From an uncultured Verrucomicrobia subdivision 3 bacterium (GTDB lineage: Bacteria; Verrucomicrobiota; Verrucomicrobiia; Limisphaerales; UBA11358), in NCBI GenBank assembly GCA_903865745.1, contig CAIPKV010000059.1, positions 69,487-133,486 on the forward strand: a stretch of DNA of 64,000 nt, written 5' to 3'. The notes beneath the pieces were generated by a model, which worked only from the letters and a program-made list of their open reading frames with translations, was not told where the DNA came from and ran no database searches. Positions 19,489 through 28,990 of this stretch are shown in pieces. How positions within the stretch are numbered: the first letter of the stretch is position 1; the number at the start of each line of letters is the position of its first letter. Made by a program: the position numbers and the translations under genes.

Positions 19489-20144
19489 TTCCACAGTCCC
19501 AGCCCAAGAAGCCAAAGAATAATTCCAAGGTAAACCTAATCATCTCGGCGGTGTTTCATGGTATTCTGTTGCTGGTGATGTTCTATTTCGCTGCGCGGTC
19601 AGGGATTTTGGGACATCAAATTCAAAGTATCACCGTAACGAAGGTGGAAAAGCCGAAGGAAAAGCCAAAAGAACCCGAGAAAAAGCCCGAGCCGCCGAAA
19701 GAGACCCCAAAAGAATTACCAAAAATTACAGAAGCTCCGAAGCCCGCCCCAGCGAACACGGCTCCCCCCGTGGTGGCTCCACCGGCGGCGGAGGCTCCGG
19801 CGATTGAAGGTTTCTATGGTAAGGAAGTGGTCTCAGAGAACGACCCAGTCCAGCTTTACAAAGGGTTTATCGAATACACCCTACGCTCAAAATGGAACCG
19901 ACCGGACAATATGGAGGACGACAAATATGTTGTCGAAGTCGCGGTCAACGTGGACCGCACTGGCAACATAAGCCAGGCGCAATGGTTGAAAGGCTCAGGG
20001 AACGTGAAGTGGGACCAGACGGTCAAGGACGTGTTCAAGGCGGTATCCAACATTGGACGGCCGCCGCCGACAAATTTTCCGCCGAACGTAACGATCCGTT
20101 TTGACGTGCAGGAGGAGGAGATGGAACCCGTGCTGAACCAATGA
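19485..20144 (+). CDS. tonB: TonB-like energy transducer
   Basis: It has an N-terminal TM helix, a Pro/Lys/Glu-rich spacer (KPKEKPKEPEKKPEPPKETPKELPK) and a TonB_C-like C-terminal domain. The GTG start overlaps the preceding stop. Confidence 0.75.
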   Translation: MIPQSQPKKPKNNSKVNLIISAVFHGILLLVMFYFAARSGILGHQIQSITVTKVEKPKEKPKEPEKKPEPPKETPKELPKITEAPKPAPANTAPPVVAPPAAEAPAIEGFYGKEVVSENDPVQLYKGFIEYTLRSKWNRPDNMEDDKYVVEVAVNVDRTGNISQAQWLKGSGNVKWDQTVKDVFKAVSNIGRPPPTNFPPNVTIRFDVQEEEMEPVLNQ

Positions 20145-20548
20145 GCCTGAAAAAAACAACGAAGCGCGGTCACGGCACGATGAATGAGTTGAACATCACG
20201 CCGTTGTTGGACTTGGTGTTCGTGCTCTTGGTGATTTTCATCATTACGACGCCGCAACTAGTTAACAATCTGGAAATTAGCCTGCCCTCAGGTAAAAAAC
20301 CGCCGGTAGATCATAAGCCGAAACCGCCGAGCCGTATCAATGTCTCGGCGGCTGGTCAGATTACATTGAATGATGAGGTGGTGACGGTGCCGCAGTTGAA
20401 AGATCGACTGGCTCAACTCAAGTCAGATAACCCGGACTTTGGTGTCGTGGTTAAGGGAGCAGACGAGGTTGACTATCAAGTCATGGTTAATGTCATGGAC
20501 ACCCTCCGCCAGCTCGACATCACCAAAATGGGCTTAGCCACTGAATAG
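20141..20548 (+). CDS. exbD: ExbD/TolR biopolymer transport protein (second copy)
   Basis: It carries the LNITPLLDLVFVLLVIFIITTP signature. It has an ATGA overlap with tonB. Confidence 0.85.
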   Translation: MSLKKTTKRGHGTMNELNITPLLDLVFVLLVIFIITTPQLVNNLEISLPSGKKPPVDHKPKPPSRINVSAAGQITLNDEVVTVPQLKDRLAQLKSDNPDFGVVVKGADEVDYQVMVNVMDTLRQLDITKMGLATE

Positions 20549-20789
20549 CAGACGTCTTGTGTCTGTTATTCAAATTAGCCTCGTTCGGCATTAATCCGGC
20601 GAAGTTAGTTAATGCTTCCTTGGGAAAGGTCCAAACCACTTTCAAAGGTTTTAAAATACAAGTTTCTTTGGATGTTGTCTTAATTGCGGTTAGAGACAAA
20701 GTGATCTGCAAGCATCGGTAATTCTGAGGGTTTAATTGACGGGTTTTTTCGCGATGGTAGTGTATCGCTGTATCCGCTAGTTTTTTCTC

Positions 20790-22529
20790 ATGAACCTCAG
20801 CTTTTCCACCGGGGTGGGCGCTTTGCTGGTTTGCGCCACTAATATATTCGCGCAGACAAATCTTTATGTTGCCGCTGACGGCAGCGCACCCTTCAAATCG
20901 GTACAGGACGCTATCATGGCTGTGCCTTCGGGAAGTCGCGAAAATCCAGTGGTCATTCACATCGCGCCCGGCGTTTATCGGGAGCTAGTTTATATCCAGC
21001 GCGAAAAATCTTTCTTTCGGCTCGTCGGAGAAAATCCGACGAACACCATTCTGACCTTCAACCTTTACGCCAGCATCACCAACGCTGAAGGTAAACCCAT
21101 TGGCACTTTCAAGACGCCTTCGACGACGATTGATGCTGACGATTTTACGGCAGAGAACCTCACTTTTGAAAACTCCGCTGGTGCGGTTGGTCAGGCGTTG
21201 GCAATTCGTGTGGATGGCGACCGGGCCGTGTTCCGCAAATGCCGCTTTCTCGGCTGGCAGGACACGATTTTGCTGAACCGTGGTCGGCAGTATTTTGAAG
21301 ATTGTACTATCACCGGCGCAGTAGACTTCATTTTTGGCGCGGCAACGGCGTGGTTTGAAAACTGTAATATCCACTGTGCCGGCAACGGTTACATCACCGC
21401 CGCTTCGACGCCGATGGATCAGTCATTCGGCTTTGTGTTCTCGCATTGCAAAATCACCGGCGCGCCAGGCGTGAAAACTTATCTTGGCCGCCCATGGCGA
21501 ATTCACGCCAGCACCACTTATTTGAACTGCGAAATGTCCGAAGTTGTCCGGCCCGAAGGTTGGAATGATTGGAAAAAACCGGAGGCTCACGCAATGGCAC
21601 GCTACGCCGAATTTGATACCACCGGTCCCGGTGCCAATCCAACAAACCGACCAAATTGGACGAAGCAGTTAAAAAAATCCGATGCTCAAAGTATTACAGT
21701 GAAAAATGTTCTTGCTGGCGTAGATAACTGGAATCCTGATTTGAGCCAGTCTTTTAGTGCCAACCGCCTAAATCTCCTATATGGCGAGGCGGGTGGTGAA
21801 AAACTAATGCTCGACGCGCACGTTCCGACGGGTGACGGAAAATTTCCAGTCGTACTCATTGTCCACGGCGGTGGCTGGAGCGGTGGGGACAAGGAGACGG
21901 ACATTGTCCCCGTGCTTGCTCCTTATTTGACAGATTTTACCTGGTTTACAATCAACTACCGCCTCGCGCCCACTAACCGCTGGCCGGCATGTTTTGACGA
22001 TGTCCAATTGGCGATCCGCTGGGTGAAGGCGCATGCAGTGGAATTCAAGGGCGACCCAGAACGTATTGCGCTGATGGGCTATTCGGCGGGTGGGCAACTG
22101 GCTCTATTATCAGGCACGCTAGCCGAAGCTGATACCCGCGTGCAGGCTGTTGTCGGCTTCGCGCCGCCGGCAGATGTCTATGGCGACGCCACCCGGCGCG
22201 GTCTGGAAAAATGGTCGGCGATGAAAAATCTGCTCGGTGCGAGTGCGCTCGACGAACCAACGCTGGCTTTGATGAAAGAGATTTCCCCGGTCGATCACGT
22301 TCGCCCTGGGTTGCCGCCGTTTTTTTTAATTCAGGGTAATGCGGACCACTCGGTGGCTTATGATTTCACCGAGGCCTTCGCGAAGAAATTGCGGGCGGCC
22401 AAGGTTCCGTGCGATTTCATTACGCTCACCAACGCGAGTCATCGCATTGTGGAATGGGAGCAGTTTGATCCGTTGTGGCAGAAAAAGACGGTGACGTGGC
22501 TTAATGAAAAGCTTGCTGCAAAAGAATAG
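20790..22529 (+). CDS. Pectinesterase (CE8) fused to a C-terminal alpha/beta-hydrolase esterase domain
   Basis: It has a signal peptide. The CE8 motifs are GQALAIRVDGDRAVFRKCRFLGWQDTIL, GAVDFIFG and YLGRPW. The C-terminal half has VVLIVHGGGWSGGDK and the nucleophile elbow LMGYSAGG. Confidence 0.85.
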   Translation: MNLSFSTGVGALLVCATNIFAQTNLYVAADGSAPFKSVQDAIMAVPSGSRENPVVIHIAPGVYRELVYIQREKSFFRLVGENPTNTILTFNLYASITNAEGKPIGTFKTPSTTIDADDFTAENLTFENSAGAVGQALAIRVDGDRAVFRKCRFLGWQDTILLNRGRQYFEDCTITGAVDFIFGAATAWFENCNIHCAGNGYITAASTPMDQSFGFVFSHCKITGAPGVKTYLGRPWRIHASTTYLNCEMSEVVRPEGWNDWKKPEAHAMARYAEFDTTGPGANPTNRPNWTKQLKKSDAQSITVKNVLAGVDNWNPDLSQSFSANRLNLLYGEAGGEKLMLDAHVPTGDGKFPVVLIVHGGGWSGGDKETDIVPVLAPYLTDFTWFTINYRLAPTNRWPACFDDVQLAIRWVKAHAVEFKGDPERIALMGYSAGGQLALLSGTLAEADTRVQAVVGFAPPADVYGDATRRGLEKWSAMKNLLGASALDEPTLALMKEISPVDHVRPGLPPFFLIQGNADHSVAYDFTEAFAKKLRAAKVPCDFITLTNASHRIVEWEQFDPLWQKKTVTWLNEKLAAKE

Positions 22530-23849
22530 CTATTTCGCCGACTCAATACTGCAATCCACCAGCTTCACGTCTGCGTCAATGACGGTGTCTGGTTTCTTGA
22601 TGCCCTTGAAAGTTGAATGGTAAATTCGCACGCCGCTAATTTCCGCCTTAGGAAAGCCGCGCACGTTCAAAACGCGTGGCGTTTGTGAGACAAGTATGTG
22701 TTCCATAATCACATTTCTTGCGATTGGCTTGAACTCACCCACAGCACCTTCCTCGTAAAGAAAATCAATCTGCAAGACGGAATCTTTCACCTGTCCGACA
22801 TTCACATTCCGTATAAATATATTTTGCAGTGTGCCGCCGCGCATGGCGTTTGATTTCAGGCGCAGCGCACAGGTCAGATTTGGACTGCTCATCTCACAGT
22901 TTTCAACAAAAACATTGCTGCAACTGCCAGAAATCTCGCTGCCAATCGTTACTCCACCGTGGCCGTCGCGCATGCTGCAATCGCGGATGATGATGTCCTT
23001 CGCCGGCACCCCGACGCGGCGGCCATCGCTATTCCGCCCGGATTTTATAGCAATACAATCATCGCCGGTGTCGAAAACACAATTTTCAATGAGTACGTTG
23101 CGGCAGCTTTCCGGGTCGCAGCCGTCATTGTTCGCGCCGTGCGAAAAAATGTCCACGCCGCGTACAGTGACATTCGTGCAGAGCAATGGATGAATTTCCC
23201 ACATCGGGGAGCGACGAATTTTTATACCCTCGATCAGCACGTTCTGACAGCGGTTGAACTCGATGAAGTCTGGGCGCAGATGATCGGCTTCGCCAAATTG
23301 ACGGTTTTCCACCGGCACATTGTCCTCGGCCATTTTTGCCAGCCGCTTGCGTGCCGAAGATTTGCCCCACGCGAGCCAAGTTGAGGCATTTGCCTGGCCA
23401 TCCAATATGCCTGTGCCAGTGACCGCGACATTGGACTGACCGAGCGCGTAAATGAGTGGTGAAAGATTGTAGCATTCGGTGCCTTCAAATCGTGTGAAGA
23501 CGGCTGGCAAATATGCATGCGGGTCGGTGCTAAATTTTAAAACCGCATTCGTTGCAAGGTGCAGTTCCACATTACTTTTCAGATGAATTGCACCTGTCAA
23601 AAAATCTCCGGCTGGAATGATTACGCGTCCGCCGCCGGTTTGTGTACAGGTGTCAATCGCCTCATGAATCCCTTTTGAAGAATCCGTTTGGCCATCCGCC
23701 ACCGCACCAAAATTGGTAATATTGAAGTCGTGCGCGGGAAAGGTAGGGGGGCTGATACGTGCAAGTATTTCTGGTACCTGCGACCATTCAGCAGTTTCCG
23801 CAAAGACCGTCAATGTCAGGCAGAAAAAGGCAAACGCAGCGGTTTTCAC
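22530..23849 (-). CDS. Glycoside hydrolase family 28 (polygalacturonase type)
   Basis: It has a signal peptide. The GH28 motifs are NNDGCDP, GDDCIAIKSG and RDGHGGVTIGSE. Confidence 0.85.
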   Translation of the reverse strand: MKTAAFAFFCLTLTVFAETAEWSQVPEILARISPPTFPAHDFNITNFGAVADGQTDSSKGIHEAIDTCTQTGGGRVIIPAGDFLTGAIHLKSNVELHLATNAVLKFSTDPHAYLPAVFTRFEGTECYNLSPLIYALGQSNVAVTGTGILDGQANASTWLAWGKSSARKRLAKMAEDNVPVENRQFGEADHLRPDFIEFNRCQNVLIEGIKIRRSPMWEIHPLLCTNVTVRGVDIFSHGANNDGCDPESCRNVLIENCVFDTGDDCIAIKSGRNSDGRRVGVPAKDIIIRDCSMRDGHGGVTIGSEISGSCSNVFVENCEMSSPNLTCALRLKSNAMRGGTLQNIFIRNVNVGQVKDSVLQIDFLYEEGAVGEFKPIARNVIMEHILVSQTPRVLNVRGFPKAEISGVRIYHSTFKGIKKPDTVIDADVKLVDCSIESAK

Positions 23850-23852
23850 GGT

Positions 23853-25265
23853 TTACTTCACGCCGGGGAACGCCATGAACTTCTTTGCGTTGGCGTAGCA
23901 AATGTTTTTGATCATCGGGCCAACCAGCTCCTCATCATTGGGAATCAACCCGTTCTTGATGTCACGACCGATGAGGTTGCAAAGTGTCCGGCGAAAATAC
24001 TCGTGGCGCGGATAGCTCATGAACGACCGCGAATCAGTGATCATGCCGATGAAGCGCGAGAGCAGCCCGAGATTCGAGAGCGCGTTGAGCTGCCATTCCA
24101 TGCCTTCCTTCTGGTCGAGAAACCACCAGCCAGAGCCGTATTGTATTTTTCCGGGAATCGTACCGTCCTGAAAGTTTCCAATCATCGCGGCAAATACATA
24201 ATTATCCGCCGGATTCAAATTGTAGATAATCGTTTTTGGAAGCAGATTGTCTGAATCCAGTTTGTTCAGATACGCCGCGAGCGTCTGCGCCTGTGGAAAA
24301 TCGCCGATGGAATCAAAGCCCATGTCGGGTCCAAGCTGTTTGAGCAGTCGGTCGTTGTTGTTACGCAAGGCGCCGAGGTGGAGCTGTTTCGTCCAGCCGC
24401 GTTTCGCGTCGAGATGACCAAAGAACACCATCATGAATGAGGCGAACTGTGAATGCTCCAGCGGCGAAACCTCCACCCCTGCCCGGGCCTTGTCGAAAAT
24501 TCCCGCCGCTACTTTCTCCGAACAAAAGTCCGCGAAGCAATGATTCAAACCATGGTCGGACAGCCGGCAATTCTGCGAATGGAAATACTCGTGCCGCTTT
24601 TCCAACGCGTTGATGAAGGCGCTGAAACCGTTGATGTTCGTATTTGCGGCTGCCGAAAGCTGCTCCACCCATTTATTAAAGCTCGTAGGCGAGTTGACTG
24701 TCAGCGCCTTGTCAGGCCGGAACGCCGGCAACAGCTTCGTCGGATGTCCGCTCTTCGCGAAAGCACGGTGATACTCCAGACTGTCCACCGGATCGTCCGT
24801 GGTGCAAACGACCTTTACCATCATCTTTTTCAGCAGGCCATGCGTGGTGAATGCCGGCGTGGCGAGTTTGGCATTGGCCAGTTTCCAGATTTTGGCGGCG
24901 GTCTTTTCGTTCAGCAAATCCGTGATGCCGAAGTAGCGCTTTAGCTCAAGATGCGTCCAGTGGTAGAGCGGATTGCGCAGCGTGTGCGGAACTGTTTTTG
25001 CCCAGGCATTAAACTTTTGATCCGGCGTGGCATCGCCGGTGACGTATTTTTCGGCAACGCCGTTGCTGCGCATCGCGCGCCATTTGTAATGGTCGCCTTC
25101 CAACCAGATCTCAAATAGGTTTTTGAACTGCCGGTTTTCCGCGATGTCTTTCGGCGAAATGTGGCAGTGATAGTCAAAGATGGGTTCGGCCTCGGCGTAT
25201 TTGTGATACAGCCGGCGCGCGGGCTTGCTGCCTAGCAGAAAATCATCGTTGATGAAGGCTTTCAT
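23853..25265 (-). CDS. uxaC: Glucuronate isomerase
   Basis: The N-terminus MKAFINDDFLLGSKPARRLYHKYAEAEPIFDYHCHISPKDIAEN and the 470-aa length are typical of UxaC. Confidence 0.9.
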   Translation of the reverse strand: MKAFINDDFLLGSKPARRLYHKYAEAEPIFDYHCHISPKDIAENRQFKNLFEIWLEGDHYKWRAMRSNGVAEKYVTGDATPDQKFNAWAKTVPHTLRNPLYHWTHLELKRYFGITDLLNEKTAAKIWKLANAKLATPAFTTHGLLKKMMVKVVCTTDDPVDSLEYHRAFAKSGHPTKLLPAFRPDKALTVNSPTSFNKWVEQLSAAANTNINGFSAFINALEKRHEYFHSQNCRLSDHGLNHCFADFCSEKVAAGIFDKARAGVEVSPLEHSQFASFMMVFFGHLDAKRGWTKQLHLGALRNNNDRLLKQLGPDMGFDSIGDFPQAQTLAAYLNKLDSDNLLPKTIIYNLNPADNYVFAAMIGNFQDGTIPGKIQYGSGWWFLDQKEGMEWQLNALSNLGLLSRFIGMITDSRSFMSYPRHEYFRRTLCNLIGRDIKNGLIPNDEELVGPMIKNICYANAKKFMAFPGVK

Positions 25266-25268
25266 GGC

Positions 25269-26534
25269 TTATTTGTCCAACAGTAGCGGTTTCATGTGCC
25301 GCTCGAAAAGATTTTCCGTAACGTTTTTGGCGATGATGGCTTCGTGTTTTTTCAACGCATTGAGGTAGCGGTCACCTTTCTTGGCGGCGACTTTGAAGCT
25401 GACGTGCAACAACTGGCGGAAGCTGGGATTGAACGCCGGATTCTTCTGGTCGTGTCGTAGCGCGTCGGTGAATTGCTGAGAACTCCAGCCGTTCACGCTG
25501 GCTGCCGCTGGCAGTTTGGTCTTATCAATATCAATGACGCTGGCATACGGCGCGCAAAATTCGTCCACGTGCTCGATGGCATAGGCGTAAATCTCCTTCG
25601 CGATCTCAAGCCCATCGCCATCCGCTTCCGCAAGACCGATAAGTTCTTCAAGCCAGGTTGTACCGGCGGTCTTGATATGCACGCCCGCGTCGAATTTCTT
25701 CAGCGCCTTGCGCATCGGCTCGTAGATAGAAAACTTATCGCTCCCGGAATGCACGCTCAGCTTAAGCGATGGCGGCAAGCCATATTTCTGAATGGCGAAG
25801 GCGATGACCGCGAGGTCTTCATTGAACTCCTGCTCGAACTGCTTAACGTCGCCGACATAATCCACGCCCTTGTTGAACCGGCCGGTGAACTTCGGCGCGA
25901 TGGTTTGGAGCGGGATTTTTTCATCTGCCAGCGCGGCGAGAATGATCAGCAATTCCGGCGGCGTCTGCGGGCTGTCGGTTTCATCCATCGAAACTTCGGT
26001 GATGAAGTTTGCCGCGCCCTTGGCTTTGGCGATGTGCTGGTAAATTTTTCCGGCGTCCTGCACGGCGAGCAAAAACTTATTTGCCACACGCTCGACTTCG
26101 GCGCGTTTGATTTCAAAAGGCCGGTCAATGTACGGGATGGAAATCTGGCCGATGAGTTCGGGATGCCGGTCAACAAACGCCTGCACGTCCGCCGCCGCCG
26201 CCGCCGGCTTGGCGATGGAATCCGCAACGTCAATCGTGAAGAAATCAGACGGTGCAATGAAACGATCCACCGTTTCGAGCCGGATGTGGTCGGCATCCAC
26301 GTGATAGCTTTTCTTCCAGCCGAGCGAGGCCGCGGCGTGATCCGCCTCGGCTCTGAGGCTGGCTGGCTCGGTGCCGATAAAGGTGTGCTCACGGTTGGAC
26401 TTGTTCCAGACGGGAATGAATTCCGCGCCCAGTTCCGTGGCCTTGACGCAAGCAGCAAGTTGAGCCTTACCCTGATGGCCAAAGCGGTCGCCCATGCCGA
26501 AGGAGAATTTGCCGAGACGTAGGTATTGGTTCAT
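25269..26534 (-). CDS. uxaE: Tagaturonate/fructuronate epimerase family protein
   Basis: It begins MNQYLRLGKFSFGMGDRFGHQGKAQL and is about 420 aa. It sits next to uxaC in a pectin locus, which resembles the UxaE family. The ATG at 26534 is preferred to the track start at 26582. Confidence 0.6.
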   Translation of the reverse strand: MNQYLRLGKFSFGMGDRFGHQGKAQLAACVKATELGAEFIPVWNKSNREHTFIGTEPASLRAEADHAAASLGWKKSYHVDADHIRLETVDRFIAPSDFFTIDVADSIAKPAAAAADVQAFVDRHPELIGQISIPYIDRPFEIKRAEVERVANKFLLAVQDAGKIYQHIAKAKGAANFITEVSMDETDSPQTPPELLIILAALADEKIPLQTIAPKFTGRFNKGVDYVGDVKQFEQEFNEDLAVIAFAIQKYGLPPSLKLSVHSGSDKFSIYEPMRKALKKFDAGVHIKTAGTTWLEELIGLAEADGDGLEIAKEIYAYAIEHVDEFCAPYASVIDIDKTKLPAAASVNGWSSQQFTDALRHDQKNPAFNPSFRQLLHVSFKVAAKKGDRYLNALKKHEAIIAKNVTENLFERHMKPLLLDK

Positions 26535-26694
26535 AAATTGATGTTGGCGACAGGGTAATAAATCCCTGCGGTCCTGCGCCATGCGATAATGGCCAAATAC
26601 TATTCCAGTAGGTCAACCGGTGGTATCGCCAAAACGGGTTAGGCACTGGGCAGTTAACTAATCTCCTGGGAACCCGGTTTATTACAGCGTAGGC

Positions 26695-28860
26695 TTAGTG
26701 GGTCGTGAAGGTGCCACGATAGTAAATATCAACGTAGTCGTTATTGGTATCGTACTGGCTCCAAAGAATATTACCGGCGTTGGTATTCTTGAAGTTTAGC
26801 TGCAACCAGTCAGTGCCGATGACAGTATTGGAATAAAGATAGCTCAATTGCACCATGGCAGTACCAGGACTGAAGTTCGTGTAGGTGTAGTTCCCAGAAT
26901 AGGTGCTGGGAAAGAAGGGATTATTGTAGATGGTGTAGACAAAACTTCCAGTATTGGTGAATTGGATGTTGGCATAGAAGCCAATTGGCAAAGTTAGGTT
27001 CGTGATACTGGCCGGCGCGTAATTGGAAGCGGTCGTCATCACAAACGAACTGAGAGTGCCGTCGCCGTTGGTGAATAGACCGGTATTGGGGGCGAAGAAA
27101 ATGAGCCGGGCGGTGCTGTTGGTCCCAGACAGTATGGGTGGTTCGGTGGCCGTAAGATTGAGTTGCCCGATGTTGGTGGCGGCACGGTTGTAAGTGTAAT
27201 TGCCCACGTCGTTGTCAAAGTTGGTGTTCACCGAAGCCTGACCGTAAGTATCCACGCCAAACTGCAAGTTGAAACTGCCATCCACGGAATAAATCTGAAA
27301 GCTACGATTGCTAACCGTAAGCGGTGCGTCTCCGCCAGCCACTTGCGAGTCGATGAAAAACCGTCCGGTGTCTGTGCCATTGGTCTGGCCGCTGGCGGTG
27401 TAATCAGACTCGGAATACCCACCATAATTGGTAGCGTCGAAGCTGGCTATTAGGTAGGTCGTGCCATTGGTCCCAGTCAGCTTGAGCAGCGCGCCAATGG
27501 GGCTGTATTGCGTGTAGGTGTAGCTGCCGGAGTTGGTGTCCCCGGAAATCAGGCCGGTCGTTGTGTAGGTCGTGGTATTATAAAGTGTGCCGTTGCCGTC
27601 GCCCTGACTGCCAATGGACCAGATTAATTTGCCAGTAACGTTTGCCGGGGCGAAATTGGAAGCAGCGGTGAACTGCATATAGCCGGTGTTCGTCCGAGTG
27701 GAGTTGGTGATGCCGACCTGTGCAAAGCTGGGGGTGTAAAACGCCATGCTAAAATTCTCCGGATTATTAACGATGCTAGGCGGGGCGGTGTATTTGAACC
27801 GCAACGTGCCGCCGCCGCCGGAGGGAGTGTAAGTGTACGTGCCCACCCCGTCAGGGTAGTTGGTATTCTGGGAAACTTGACTGAAGGTGCTTTTGCCTAA
27901 GGTGACCGTGAAGAGCGTTGTGTTACTCACATCGGTTACGCCAGCGGTCTGTCCCGCTAAACTCGCCGGCGCACTGTTATAAACCAAGTTGACAACAAAG
28001 GTCGCGGAAGGATTATTGCTAGAATTCACGGCATATGCATTGAAGGTGTTTGCACCAGGTAACAGACGGACATTGGCCGTCCAATTGGTCCAGTGATTGG
28101 TGGTGGCGGCAGACTGCCAGAAGCCACTGTTCAGTTGATAATACACGTTGGTTACTCCGACTTTATCCGAGGTGGTGCCTTGGATGACAAAATCGGCAGG
28201 ATATCCGTTGGTGCTAGGAAGTGTGCTCCCCACGCTGATCGTCGGCTTGCCCAGATAACCGAAGTTGGCAACGAGGGTGAGGTTGGAAGTCATGAGAAAC
28301 GTCACCTTAGCGGCGGTGGTCAAGACGTTGCTGTTACCGTCCGTCCAGTTCCTGAAACCGTAGCCCTTTTGGGTGCCTTTGCCTGCCTTTGCCGACATAT
28401 AATAGCTCTTGCCGATGACCAGTTGCTGGCCGTTGTAATTCGGAGTGACGGTGCCGTTACCGTTGATTGCCACGGTCATAGCGGTGCTCACGGAGTAAAA
28501 TACCTTCACGGTGTTGGTCGCCGAAGATTTCCCGGTGTTATCCAAGGCGCTGGCGGCAAAGGTGTTGGTTCCCGGAATCCAAGTAATCGGGGCGGACCAG
28601 CTCGTCCATGGGCTGGCACCTGTTGCATTATTCCAACTGCCTTGATTTAGCGAGTAGACCACGTTGGAAATCCCGGCGCTGCCGGAGGTCGTGCCGGTAA
28701 TGGTGTAAGCAGCGCTGGTGAATGTTTGGCCCGACTTGAGGTTGGTGAAGGATACCGTGGGCTTGGTGGCAGCCAGAATGGTGTTGGTCGCACCCGTTAG
28801 CGCGACAATCAAGCACAACAGCGGTAAATGAACCGACAACTGACGGCAATATGGTTTCAT
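26695..28860 (-). CDS. Large secreted repeat protein with two Ig-like domains, a bacterial-repeat domain and four C-terminal modules of about 100 aa
   Basis: The ATG at 28860 gives a signal peptide (MKPYCRQLSVHLPLLCLIVALTGATNTILA). There are two paralogous Ig-like domains (KPTVSFTNLKSGQTF..NTFAASALDNTGKSSATNTVKVFY and KPTISVGSTLPST..NTFNAYAVNSSNNPSATFVVNLVY). Four modules are centred on GTYTYTPSGGGGTLRFKYTAPP, GSYTYTQYSPIGALLKLTG, GNYTYNRAATNIGQLNLTATEPP and GNYTYTNFSPGTAMVQLSY. Confidence 0.7.
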   Translation of the reverse strand: MKPYCRQLSVHLPLLCLIVALTGATNTILAATKPTVSFTNLKSGQTFTSAAYTITGTTSGSAGISNVVYSLNQGSWNNATGASPWTSWSAPITWIPGTNTFAASALDNTGKSSATNTVKVFYSVSTAMTVAINGNGTVTPNYNGQQLVIGKSYYMSAKAGKGTQKGYGFRNWTDGNSNVLTTAAKVTFLMTSNLTLVANFGYLGKPTISVGSTLPSTNGYPADFVIQGTTSDKVGVTNVYYQLNSGFWQSAATTNHWTNWTANVRLLPGANTFNAYAVNSSNNPSATFVVNLVYNSAPASLAGQTAGVTDVSNTTLFTVTLGKSTFSQVSQNTNYPDGVGTYTYTPSGGGGTLRFKYTAPPSIVNNPENFSMAFYTPSFAQVGITNSTRTNTGYMQFTAASNFAPANVTGKLIWSIGSQGDGNGTLYNTTTYTTTGLISGDTNSGSYTYTQYSPIGALLKLTGTNGTTYLIASFDATNYGGYSESDYTASGQTNGTDTGRFFIDSQVAGGDAPLTVSNRSFQIYSVDGSFNLQFGVDTYGQASVNTNFDNDVGNYTYNRAATNIGQLNLTATEPPILSGTNSTARLIFFAPNTGLFTNGDGTLSSFVMTTASNYAPASITNLTLPIGFYANIQFTNTGSFVYTIYNNPFFPSTYSGNYTYTNFSPGTAMVQLSYLYSNTVIGTDWLQLNFKNTNAGNILWSQYDTNNDYVDIYYRGTFTTH

Positions 28861-28990
28861 GATAAAATCTCCGGCTATTTGGTGCAGTTCACGATGGAAT
28901 TGCATCGTGAAACGTTGCACTAAACTTGTGAGCTTTCAATAAAAAAGGATGACAGTTCGGACCGGGAAATATTATGCGGTAAAATGAAGA

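Noticed and set aside
25473-26522. Long antisense ORFs inside well-supported genes: 25473-26522 (349 aa, opposite uxaE), 46498-47679 (393 aa, opposite trpE), 38489-39250 (253 aa, opposite the GH106-like gene), 45172-45846 (opposite gltA), 49565-50272 (opposite trpS), 36290-36928 (opposite mfd) and 8097-8690 (opposite P1).
   Set aside because: They are Arg/His/Gly-rich shadow ORFs typical of GC-rich coding DNA. Each opposes a gene with clear family motifs, and none has recognisable motifs of its own.
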